DNA of 64,000 nucleotides, taken from Hamiltosporidium tvaerminnensis FI-OER-3-3. Taxonomy: Eukaryota > Fungi > Microsporidia. Below the pieces are notes generated by a model. That model ran no database searches and had not been told where the DNA came from. It worked only from the letters and a program-made list of their open reading frames with translations. The stretch covers positions 186,001 through 250,000 of the forward strand of contig CM061254.1 in the NCBI GenBank assembly GCA_022605425.2, in the 5' to 3' direction. Of the stretch, positions 13,519-24,477 are shown piece by piece; positions within the stretch are counted from its first letter, which is position 1; every line of letters begins with the position of its first letter. A program made the translations under genes and the position numbers.

Positions 13519-14044
13519 GTTATTTTAAAAAAAAATGACTTACCACTTATTAAAGTTATTGTTTCATAAAATAAATGTTTCATTGGGCTTAAATATATTT
13601 TTAAATTCATTTTCTTGATTAAGAAATTCATTTATTAGTTAATCCCATATTTAGAATTTTATTAAGACATAATTAAATTTATATCTAATAAAATAATATA
13701 CCAGATCCACGAATATTATCTGTATTTTTTTGATTAGATTCCTTATTAAAAATAAATGTAATCTAGTTTTTATTTTTTTAAAGACATTCATTATGAAATT
13801 CTCCGTCCTAAAACAATTTTTTTTACAGAAATATTTTCTTGAAATGAAAGAATTTTACTTCTTACATTGATATTATGAGATGGTTCTAATAGAACATATT
13901 AGCTTGGTGTTGATACCATTTTACAATTAATTTCATAAAAAAATAATTTACATATAAACAGACCTCACTTTTTTTACTTTGAATTTCATAATTACATATT
14001 AACAGATAATAGCTGATCGAATTTAGATATGTTATAAAAAAAAT

Positions 14045-14413
14045 GGATGAAGAGAAGATAACCGCATTTAAAAACATTTGGTTGGCGATGAGTGAGTAGA
14101 ATTAGTATGAAAAATATTATTGTCATTTTGGTGGGATATAAACCACCCTAGACATAAAGTCAAATCTCTTATAATCCCGAGTATATCAGAGTAAAAGAAA
14201 CAATTTGAAAACTTCAATTTGTTCCTGCTCGACAGCGAGTAGTAAAAGAGTAACAGAATAACTAAGTAAGATTCTATATTCATCATGTAGTTATATGAGA
14301 GTAAAAGAAACAATTTGAAAACTTCAATTTGTTCATCCTGGACAGCGAGTAGTGAAAGAGTAACAGAATAAGTAAGTAAGATTCTATATTCATCATGTAG
14401 TTATATCAGAGTA
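14045..14413 (+). mobile_element. Short sister element sharing the 5' head of the structured element, with a 110-bp tandem duplication of its 3' part
   Basis: Head gataaccgcatttaaaaac..ttggcgatgagtg..ttttggtgggatataaaccac; body matches 40392-40633(-); repeat units 14182-14291 and 14292-14401. Confidence 0.6.
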
Positions 14414-15797
14414 TACGCATTACAGTACAACTCATCAAAAATTTTAGTCAATTATTTCTATAAAATTGATTCCATTTAAATAATATATTTTCAAAAATAT
14501 GTAAGTTTCCAAAGAAAAAAATTTAGCAATAAAAAAGATGATATTCGGAAAAAAAATAAATGTTTAACTATTTTAAAATAAATTTTGAAATTAAATTTTA
14601 TTTTCATGCCAACTATAATTAAAAAAAAATGTTAGAAGCATCCGGTTGATACAAAATGTGTGTTTATTTCAAATAATCTCATATTCCTTATATAGAAAGA
14701 ATAATTTAATTATAAATCCGAATCTACCGTTTGATTTTGAAGATAAATTAATTTAAAAAATTAAAATTAAATATTTTATCAGTGCAGACGTGATATTGAC
14801 TTTTAAATTTACCGATAAAAAATATAAATTTTACTGAAATTTATATTATCATCCGACAGTCATTTTTAACTAAAAACAGAATATTTAAATAAAACCCAGT
14901 TAAAAGATCAAGTTAATCTATAAAAAATTTAAATTATAAAATCACTTACTTCATATATAATAAAGAATTATTAAGTACACTGTATTTCCCATTCTAAGAT
15001 TTGTCGCATTCTAAATAAAATATTTTGTTTATATTCTAATACAGTAAAAAAAAATTGCAAACAAAAATAAAAATATTTTAAGTTATATCTTATATCCTAA
15101 TTAAAAATACAATTTATACTTTCTTTTTTTCGCGTTAAACTAAACAAATAAGAAAGTATTGAACAAGTTAATGAACTAAAATATTTTTTTAAATTTTTTC
15201 CATATTTTATATTTGATTAATTTATAAATTTAAAAAATACTAAAAATAGAAATTTACATTTATAATTTAAAAATACTAAAAAACAGTGAAAACAGTATAA
15301 TTTACATTTATAATTTTTTACTTTCAAGTTATTATACTTAATTTTCTATTCAATTATTTCTTTTAATTTCTATTTTTAATATTTCAATAGATCGGTAGAT
15401 ATTAAATGACTAGTACTTATATTTAAGATTTATCGTATTACAATATGTTCCCCTCCAAAATATTTATTACTTATACTATTATCTCTTCATTTTGTGTCTA
15501 TAATTACAAAATTACTGGATAGTAACGTATAAAATAATATTTATTAAAATTATATTTCTTCAAATATTTATAAAAGTTTAATTTAAAAATCTTTTAGTAT
15601 TTTTTTAAATAATAAAAATACATTTATAACCATTAATATAAACTTATATGAACTTATATGAACTTGTATGAACTTATATGAACTTATATAAACTTATAAA
15701 AAATTATAAAGTTGTATATACTTATATAATTACTAACTAATATTTTCTATTTTATTACAGTTAACCTTTCATAAAAGTTTATAATTTTTCATTTTTT

Positions 15798-16525
15798 AGT
15801 GGAGGGAGGATAACCACATAAAAAACTTTCTGCTTGGCAATGAGTGTGTGAAACTGGTGTGAGATCAATTTTTGGATTTTTGGTGGGAATACAACCACAC
15901 TAAATCTTCGGTTGTTCCATGGGAGTTTGTATGAGGAGGGGAGGTCTAAGAAATGGAGAAACTTTTTCTACAAATTTATTTGTAGTTTTTTATGCAACCA
16001 GATTGCAGACCGCAGCTGAACATTTAGGTAATTGCCATGTAAAAGCATGGAAACCTAGCCTTGCTCACTCGGTTTAGAAGACTTAGTGCCTGAGAGATAT
16101 AAAACAAAAAACCATTTAAAGCCAGGAAAGCTAAGTAGCAGGTTATACCTGTTGGTATGACATTGCACTGTCTAGGTGGACCTCATGTAAATCTCTGAAA
16201 TATATCTTAGCTAGAAGCTTATTGGGTTCAGAAAGTGTAGAGTAAGTGGGAATGCTGCATAGTCTTGGGGGAGCCCAGGGGGGGCTTCGGCCTTCGATCA
16301 CACTCCATGCAACGGACATTAACGAACTCCGGGTAACTGCCTCGCCTATTAATTAGGTTATACACACCTGGTAGATGAAAGGCTTTGGGACGTAGGTATC
16401 GCAGGGGTTACTGATGGAGTTTTGGGGTAGCAGTTATTTATGTTAAACCTAGAACTGCGTTAATGTCATGAAAACAAATATAACACTTGCCACTGTTTCG
16501 AAAAGATGTCATACTTTTAAATAAA
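15798..16525 (+). mobile_element. Structured non-coding interspersed element, copy A (~725 nt)
   Basis: Highly similar end-to-end to 35227-35960(-), 39610-40332 and 40660-41390; starts AGTGGAGGGAGGATAACCAC and ends ACTTTTAAATAAA; no conserved ORF. Confidence 0.9.
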
Positions 16526-16940
16526 GTCTAAAATCAAAGTATTTTTATAAATTATTTTATATTCTTTTCTTTAAAATTAAATACTTTAAATACTCTTTTA
16601 AATTTATAATTTATCTTTTCAAAACACTAATTATTTTAAATCTTAAATGCTTTCAAACTCTATTTTTTTGATAATACTTTTATTTTAGTATTTCTATTTC
16701 ATTATAAGTATTCGATTCTTTAATACACCTTTAAAAATACTTCTATTTCACTATTTCTTTAGTAATACTCTTTAGTAATACTCTTTAGTAATACTCTTTA
16801 GTAATACTCTTTAATAATACTCCTTTACAAATCCTTTAATACATACTTCTATTTTACTATTTCTTTATAAATATTCCCTTGTCTCAAATTTTATAAAAAA
16901 TATATTTTTAACAAATTTTATTCTCTTTATATCCTTATTG

Positions 16941-17381
16941 ATGTATGAAGAAGATGAAGAAATATTACTTTTAAAAAACATTTTTAAAAACAATTTAATT
17001 ATACAAAACACTACAATACACTGTATTCTTCCAAAAGGAGTTATTTCATTACAAAAAATAAATAAAAATATAACAATAAAATATATTGATGGTAGTATAT
17101 CAATATTAAAAGAATTAAAAAAATATTTAGAAGAAAATACTTGTGAATATATTTTATATCCGTTGATATTTAAATATTCTTTACTTTTGGAAAAAAGTAA
17201 GTTTATTACAGAAAAAACACAAATTGATTTTGAAATACAAAATGTTCAAAGAATCAGTGAAGAGGAGTTTCTTCAATGGAAGTGTCATAAAGTTTATGTA
17301 CGGCCTAAATATGAAAAAATGACAGGAAAAGAATTTTTTATAAATTTAAGAAACAGTAAAACAGAGTGGAAAGAGGAGTAA
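16941..17381 (+). CDS. Probable reduced Gir2/RWDD1 (DFRP2)-like protein
   Basis: N-terminal EEDEEILLLKNIF resembles an RWD start; C-terminal ISEEEFLQWK...KMTGKEFF resembles the DFRP_C motif (VT.E.F..WK...LTGKQLF). Confidence 0.6.
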   Translation: MYEEDEEILLLKNIFKNNLIIQNTTIHCILPKGVISLQKINKNITIKYIDGSISILKELKKYLEENTCEYILYPLIFKYSLLLEKSKFITEKTQIDFEIQNVQRISEEEFLQWKCHKVYVRPKYEKMTGKEFFINLRNSKTEWKEE

Positions 17382-17501
17382 GAATTATAAGGGGGATTTG
17401 GATATGAGAGAAGTGAGTAGAATATAGTTTACATAAGAAATATCATTGAATATCAGTAATTGTCAGTAAATATAATTTTATTTTGTTTAATTTAATTTTA
17501 T

Positions 17502-17815
17502 TTCTATTCCTCTATTCCTCTATTCCTCCATTCCTCTATTCCTCCATTCCTCTATTCCTCCATTCCTCTATTCCTCCATTCCTCTATTTCTCCATTCCTC
17601 TATTTCTCCATTCCTCTATTCCTCTATTCCTCTATTCCTCTATTCCTCTATTCCTCTATTCCTCTATTCCTCTGTTCCTCTATTCCTCTATTCCTCTATT
17701 CCTCTGTTCCTCTATTCCTCTATTCCTCTGTTCCTCTGTTCCTCTATTCCTCTATTCCTCTATTCCTCTATTCCTCTGTTCCTTTCTATTCCTCTATTCC
17801 CCTATTCCTTTCTAT
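17502..17815. repeat. (TTCCTCTA)n 8-bp tandem repeat
   Basis: Directly visible array with TTCCTCCA/TTCCTCTG variants, between convergent genes. Confidence 0.95.
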
Positions 17816-18169
17816 TCATCCCTAATTCATTTCTATCTCCTTCTATATTTTCTTCTTCACTAAACAATTTCTCAATTCCTTTTGAAATATTAAAATATGA
17901 ATTTTTAACTTTTTCATATTTATTTTTAATATCTTCCATTTCATTTTCATGTTTCTCTAATTCTTCACTAATTTTTTCATTTTCTTCTTTTAGTAAATTC
18001 GTTATTTCAATTGTAAATTCTTGAAAACAATTATAAATTGTTTTTAAATTGTCTAAAATTAGAATCTAAAATAAAACTTACTGTTTATTAATTCGTGTCG
18101 TTTTTTTAATATTTTTGTTACTTTTTCTGTTGCTTTGTTCTTTTCTAATGAATTGTTAGATAAAGACAT
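17802..18169 (-). CDS. Intron-containing small coiled-coil protein (112 aa), absent from the ORF track
   Basis: Exon 1 18169-18082 (88 nt, MSLSNNSLEKNKATEKVTKILKKRHELIN), intron 18081-18053 GTAAGTTTTATTTTAGATTCTAATTTTAG (29 nt), exon 2 18052-17802 (251 nt). The spliced 339-nt frame is open to TAG. Confidence 0.7.
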
Positions 18170-19249
18170 TTTTTATGCGTTTTAAATAAAAAAATGATTT
18201 AAATTTACTACTTTCTTATAAATTTACTAATTTCTTATAGATATACTACTTTCTTATAAATTTAGTATTTCTTATAGATATTCTACTTTCTTTAAATTTA
18301 CTACTTTCTTATAAATTTAGTATTTCTTTAAATTTACTAATTTCTCATATAAATTTACTATTTTCTTATACAAATTTACAGCTTTCTTATACAAATTTAC
18401 TATTTTCTTATACAAATTTATATTCCTATTTCATTCTTAATCTCTTTCACTTTGATAAGCTTCAATTATTTATTCTTCTACTTCTTTCTTACTTATATAT
18501 CTGTACTACAAGTATCACTAATTAATAAAGAATCTTTTACACATTCATTTACATATTCTTCCATTTCAAAAACAGTATCAACAAGTTTCTTACATCTGAA
18601 TACTAAAAATATAAAAAGTTTCATTTTTTAAGTCGAAATGTGTATTTTTAAAAAATATTTGTTTTCGTCGTATTAATATGATTGATTATCTTTGCACAAA
18701 ATTATTTGTTTTCCCGTATTAATATGATGGATTATCTTTTCTTAAGTAAATACTGTTTTTTTTAAAATTATTTGTTCTATATATTCTTAATATGATTGAT
18801 TATCTTTTTCTTATAAAAAAACAGTATTTTTTATAAAATTATTTGTTCTATATATTCTTAATATGATTGATTATCTTTTTTTTAAATAGATACAAATATA
18901 AGTTAGAATGATTTAAGTATTAAAATATTTACAAATGATTTTTAATTATTAGTTTTCCTTAAAAAGAATTTTCTTTGTTTAGTTTATGAATTATTTTATT
19001 GATTATTGTTTTAAAACGACTCCTTTATTTCTTATCAGTAAAAAAAAGGAGGTAGATGACTGTAAAAAGAGAAAAAAAGGAGTATTTAAACCAATGAGAA
19101 GTAAGAATGATACATTAAAAAAGAAAAAATGCAATATGAATGAACCAATAATATATTTACAACCAATAGTACTCTACCAGATAACCAATTACAATACAAA
19201 ATATTTTGTATTAAATATTTACAAAGAAATCTGTATACAAGGAATCACA

Positions 19250-19900
19250 ATGTCAACTCGTGGATACAAAAACGTTAGAATATTTACACAACTACTAACT
19301 CTAATACTAATACTGGTGAATACAGCACTTCTGGTAATATTTTTTGTTCATAAAAAATATTTTACAGTGGAAGAGAAAATAAACTCTTCTTTGATAAATC
19401 TAGAATTTGTATATAAATATACCGCTATGTTGAACATAACACTTGGATTCTTTGCTTCTTGTTGTGTCAACAGCAAGATTAAAATGTATATGAAGATATA
19501 TTTACTGACTGGTTTTTTCTTACTTGCTATGCATCTCGGTTTTCTTTTATATACTAAATTAGAGTATAAAAATGATTTTTCTCAACAGTTTTCGTTACAA
19601 ATGGCACAAAATCCGAGTGTAAAGTATTTGGTTATGACTTTGTTGGATTGCACAGAATTTGGAGAAAACAATTGTATGGACAAAACTAAGAGTCTGTCTT
19701 CTCTTATGATACATCTGTATTGTTTTATTACTGTTATATCTTTTATAGATAATTTGTTATTGTTTATTATGATACGCGTTGCTTTATCTATGGATATTGC
19801 TGTACCGTTACCGTTACCACCTAAAATTGAAAGTAATGTACCTGCTGGATTCTCTACAGAGTCACTACGGGCAAGAAGAGTAATTAAAGAAATGGGATAA
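19250..19900 (+). CDS. Four-TM tetraspanin-like membrane protein
   Basis: Likely start MSTRGYKN at 19250 inside ORF 18986-19900; four hydrophobic segments with a Cys-containing loop (LDC..NC) between TM3 and TM4. Confidence 0.6.
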   Translation: MSTRGYKNVRIFTQLLTLILILVNTALLVIFFVHKKYFTVEEKINSSLINLEFVYKYTAMLNITLGFFASCCVNSKIKMYMKIYLLTGFFLLAMHLGFLLYTKLEYKNDFSQQFSLQMAQNPSVKYLVMTLLDCTEFGENNCMDKTKSLSSLMIHLYCFITVISFIDNLLLFIMIRVALSMDIAVPLPLPPKIESNVPAGFSTESLRARRVIKEMG

Positions 19901-20284
19901 TCAAACTAAAGGAATTGTAAAGAAATATAAGTAAAATTAGGAGAATATAAGAGAATATAAACGAAGTTCGAAAGAAATAAAAAGAAATATAAAGGTTAAA
20001 AGGAAATAAAAAGAAATAAAAAGTATTTATTTAATATACTCTTTACTGTTAATAGTTTATAAGTTTTATATTTCATCCGGAATATTCGGTTTTTTTTTTT
20101 AAATTTTAAATTTTCTTAAATCAATAATCTTAGAAGCAATAAGCTTAATAATCGCAATAAAATAATCTAAAAATTAAAATTTTTTCTTTGTGATAATCCA
20201 AGAATAAATTTAAACCAAATTTATAAAAATATGTTTGCAACACTTTAAGTATCAACTAAAATATGAAGACAGTTCCAGAACAAA

Positions 20285-20757
20285 TAATATTTAAAAACCA
20301 AATTTTATTTGCTAATATTGATGAAAGATACTTCTAAGACTAAATACAGATAAGAATTGGAAATGAAATAATTAATAGAGAGATGAAGAGATAAAAATAT
20401 ATATTTGATTCTCGCTTACCTAAACTCTACAAAGGTAGAGAAATAATAAATCAAATAGTTATACAATTCAATCCATTTTTTCTCTCCATATGTCTAATTC
20501 CATCTCTTTTTCTATATTTATAACCATTTTTTTGATTTAAAAATATAAAATCAATTTAAAGTTCATTAATTTTGGTGTTTGGTTGCTTAAAACTTTCTTA
20601 CGCATTATAATATATGAGTACTTAACATGTTTGTTTATATATCTCTCATCTCCATATGTTATAACTAATAATTATCTTTCCTAACTCTTATCAATATTTA
20701 GTCTTTAATTGACTTATTCATCAATAAAAACAAAGTAATTTTCTTGTAAATACTATA
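20285..20757. repeat. Diverged long inverted repeat (possible foldback/MITE remnant)
   Basis: tattgatgaa..aagactaaata..gataaga..gagatgaagagata (20285-20400) vs the reverse complement of 20637-20757. Confidence 0.45.
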
Positions 20758-21472
20758 GACTGTATATATGCCTCTATTCTTACCAATAAATATTAAGAAT
20801 AACATTAATTCTTATATAATTACTTCTTACTTATCCCAGTCTTCTTGTACCTCTCGGTGTTTATGAAGAACAATATTACTCTTTCTATTGTTCAGAATAA
20901 TAAAAAAAATACTATTATTCAGCATAATTTTCGGAAATAGTTTCTAGAACTTTATTATGAATAACATTTCAAGAATAATTTTAAGATAAATTTTATGGTA
21001 TTTTGTCACAATACAGTCCCAGGTTTTACCAATTACAATTTAATAAATAATTTTATTAAAAATATAATTTTATTCCTTTCATTCTCCTGAAAATTAAATT
21101 TAATTTTCAAGGGTATAAAAAAAACATTTTTGAATAAATATTAATGGTCCTCCTCCCAATCCTTATTCTACCAATAATTATAAAAATTCTATATAATAAT
21201 TCTAGTGATAATAGTTCACATGCTTATACTAGTATTTCTACTAATATTCCCATATAATTTTACTAATATTATGATATAGTTCTACTGATAATTCTATATA
21301 GTTCTACTTATAATTCTAGCAGTAATCCTTTAATACATCCTCTATATAATTCTTTAATACACTTCTTCGTTTCACTCTTATCACTGACCTATCATTTCTT
21401 TAACCTCCACCCCTTTTTCTTACACAAAAAAAATCATAAAAAATTATAAAAAATTATAAATCAACCCTTTGT

Positions 21473-21802
21473 ATGGACAGAGAAGACCAAAACTATTACA
21501 AACCAAGAACAAACCAAAGATACTCTAAAGAATCAACAACCGACACACGTAAAAACTACCCTACAAACACCACCCACAGATATACTAGAGACACTTCTAA
21601 AGAACACACACATCCATCTTCATATGACAGAAGAAGAGATAATGAATCTATGTATCCAAGAAATATAAATAATAGTTATGGTAGAAGATATACACGTTAT
21701 GATAGTAGTACTTATAATAAAGGTGTTAGAGTTGTTAGAAAAGGTATACCAACGCGTGAAGAGTTAGATGAGCAACTTATCAAGTACATGCGTGGAGAGT
21801 AA
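21473..21802 (+). CDS. Small R/Y-rich protein with C-terminal Chtop/Yra1-type (FoP, UAP56-binding) motif
   Basis: C-terminal PTREELDEQLIKYM; CCC motif upstream of ATG. Confidence 0.7.
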   Translation: MDREDQNYYKPRTNQRYSKESTTDTRKNYPTNTTHRYTRDTSKEHTHPSSYDRRRDNESMYPRNINNSYGRRYTRYDSSTYNKGVRVVRKGIPTREELDEQLIKYMRGE

Positions 21803-22049
21803 AGGGGTGGGGTATTGTAGTAGGGATATATTAGTAGGAATATATATTAGTATTAGAGGATTTAAAAAGTATTATAAGTAAGAAGGATAATAATAAGTAA
21901 GAAGTATGAGGTGTTATATTAAAGGTATAAGGATTGGTAATATTAAATATTTAATTTTTTTTATTTTTTTATATTTGATAAATTAAAAATATATTGTTTA
22001 TGCAATAAAGGGATAGGTTTTCATTTTAGTATTTATAAAGAAGTAGTAA

Positions 22050-22750
22050 TCGATAAGAGGGTGTTAATTACTAGTACTATTGATAAGAGGGTGTTAGTAA
22101 TATTATTATAGATAAGAGGGTGTTATTAATAGTATTGTCATTAACACCCTTTAATTATAAGTGGTTATTAATAACACCCTTTTAATTATTGATACTTGTC
22201 TATAAGACCCTTTTAATTATTACTAGTTACTACTATCACCCTTTTATCGATGGTACTAGTATAACTAACACCCTCCAATATACTCTAACACCCACCAACC
22301 CTACCATACTATAAATAGCACCCTCTTGAATACACCGACCCTACTCTACTATAACTAAAACCCTCTATCATACTACATATAATTAACAGCCTCCATCCTA
22401 CTACTATTACTAACACCCCTCTATCATACTACTATAACTAAAATCCTCTATCATACTACTATAACTAAAACCCTCTAACATACTACTATAACTAACACCC
22501 CTCTATCATACTACTATAACTAAAACCCTCTAACATACTACTATAACTAACACCCCTCTAACATACTACTATAACTAAAACCCTCTAACATACTACTATT
22601 ACTAACACCCCTCTAACACACCTACATATAACTAACACCCTCTATCCTACTACTATTACTAACACCTCTCTATCACACCTACATATAATAAACACTCTAA
22701 TATATCCCTACTGTTACTAACACCCTCCCCCGTACTAACACCCCCATACA
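22050..22750. repeat. GGGTGTTA then TAACACCC minisatellite arrays in opposite orientation
   Basis: gataagagggtgtta x3 (22052-22125) followed by many ~26-30-bp actaacacccctcta.catactactata units up to the transporter promoter. Confidence 0.8.
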
Positions 22751-22830
22751 CCTATAACCCCGTTTCACATTCTGTAACAAATATTACAAATCATTTTTCT
22801 CCAAACAAAAACAAGAAAAAAAACCAAGAA

Positions 22831-23778
22831 ATGTACAAATCCACTCTAACAATAATTTCCTGTATAATTCTCTACTACACAATATCTCTAACCCTCTCTT
22901 TCTTTACCTACCACGTATTATCTTCCAAGCAATACAACTTTAGATTTCCTTTATTTATAACCTCCATGCAAAATCTTATACACTTCCTTATGGCAACACT
23001 AGTAACTCTTATAATTACCAAGAAACCACCACCTCTTACACTAACCCTACCAAATATAACCACCTACCTTACCACTACAATACCCTGTGCTTTTACAGCC
23101 TCTTTAGACATAGGAATATCCTCATATTCTCTCCGTATAGTATCTCTTGCTTTTTACACCATGGTAAAATCTTCAGCCCCTGTATTTGTACTTCTAAGTG
23201 GATTTGTATTTGGGGTAGAAGAGCCTTCCATAAAAACATTTTTAACCATTTTTACTATCGGTAGCGGTATTTTTCTAACAACCCTTACCAACACCTCATT
23301 TGATAAATACGGTTTTTTTTTAATTTCATTTGCCTCTTTCATGGCAGGCTTCAGATGGGCATTTGTACAATTTTTAATAGAAAAAAAAAAATTACAAAAA
23401 AATAATATTTTAAACACAATAAGAGATTTATGTTTACCGATCTGTTTATTGTTATTAAGTTTATCTTTAATATTTGAAGGTTATACTAATATATTTACAA
23501 GTGAATTTTTTAATACACCGAATGCTATTAAAAAAAATGTGATGGTTATTTTGGGAAGTGGTGTTTTATCTTTTTGTTTGCTTTGTTCTGAGTTTTTACT
23601 TGTTTCTTATACCAGTGTTGTATTTTTATCTGTTTCTGGTATCTTTAAAGAGTTGGTTATTGTTTTTTATAGTGTTTGTAGAAAAGAAGTAACTATGAGT
23701 AGAATTAATTATGGAGGGTTGTTTGTTAGTATGGTAGGGATGTTAATGTATAACTATTGCAGGAAGAGGCAGCCGTAG
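22831..23778 (+). CDS. Triose-phosphate/nucleotide-sugar transporter family (SLC35C2-like)
   Basis: Multi-TM 315 aa with FRFPLFITSMQ, SLDIGISSYSL, YTMVKSSAPVFVLL, GFRWAFVQ, SVSGIFKEL motifs. Confidence 0.9.
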   Translation: MYKSTLTIISCIILYYTISLTLSFFTYHVLSSKQYNFRFPLFITSMQNLIHFLMATLVTLIITKKPPPLTLTLPNITTYLTTTIPCAFTASLDIGISSYSLRIVSLAFYTMVKSSAPVFVLLSGFVFGVEEPSIKTFLTIFTIGSGIFLTTLTNTSFDKYGFFLISFASFMAGFRWAFVQFLIEKKKLQKNNILNTIRDLCLPICLLLLSLSLIFEGYTNIFTSEFFNTPNAIKKNVMVILGSGVLSFCLLCSEFLLVSYTSVVFLSVSGIFKELVIVFYSVCRKEVTMSRINYGGLFVSMVGMLMYNYCRKRQP

Positions 23779-24059
23779 GGATATATTTTTGGGGTGTATT
23801 TTGGGATATGTGTTAGTAATATATATGTGATAGTAATATATATGTGTTAGTAATATATAATTGATAGTAATATATATGTGTTAGTAATATATATGTGATA
23901 GTACTATATTATTATATATGAAAGTATATATGATGTTGTTTTACTGATAAGAGATTAAAAGGCTAATAAAAGGATTTTAGTTATTTAGGGTTATATTATA
24001 TTAATATATTGGTAAGGGTATTGTTTATTAAGATTAGTGTTATAGGTGTTGTTAAATAG

Positions 24060-24440
24060 TAGTTATCTTTAGTACCCTTTTAATTATATATGCTTATTAA
24101 TAAAACCCCTTTAATTATATGTAGTAATTAATAAAACCCTTTTAATTATAAGTACTTATATTTAACACCCTTTTAATTATATATGCTTATTAATAAAACC
24201 CTTTTAATTATATGTAGTAATTAATAAAACCCTTTTAATTATTAGTACTTATTAGTAACACCCTTTTAATTATATGTAGTAATTAATAAAACCCTTTAAA
24301 TTATTATTACTTATATTTTAACCCTTTAAATTATTACTGATCTTTAGCTCCCTTGTAATCATTAGTACTTATAATTTAAAACCCTTTTATTTAAACCCTC
24401 TACCATTCCTTGCTATACCCTTATAACTAACACCCCCCCT
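24060..24440. repeat. ~32-bp TAAAACCCTTTTAATTAT/TAACACCC array
   Basis: Directly visible repeated units upstream of 24478. Confidence 0.75.
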
Positions 24441-24477
24441 CTACTACATATTTTTTACTTCCCAACCCCTACCTATA

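Noticed and set aside
15798-16525. Split twister ribozyme: the head AGTGGAGGG and tail TAACACTTGCC resemble the two strands of twister P2/L1
   Set aside because: No P4/L4 (UCCCAAGC-like) segment follows the tail in linear or circular order and P1 does not pair; worth only a cmsearch on a circularised consensus.
15798-16525. Group I/II intron, HDV or hammerhead ribozyme, 5S rRNA, RNase P/MRP or telomerase RNA identity for the element
   Set aside because: Only short fragments match (ACCGCAGC, GTTCAGA, AAGCTAAG). There is no ordered P/Q/R/S set, domain V, CUGANGA..GAAA core, HDV P3/L3 or telomere template.
17483-17863. 126-aa ORF with LYSSIPLF repeats
   Set aside because: Translation of the 8-bp microsatellite, with a TTG start.
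18493-18624. 43-aa minus-strand ORF MKLFIFLVFRC...
   Set aside because: Short, with no recognisable homology or convincing splice continuation.
23154-23417. Antisense or overlapping ORFs (23154, 24952, 25454, 46385, 50657, 62249, 1405)
   Set aside because: They overlap better-supported genes or elements and have no independent evidence.
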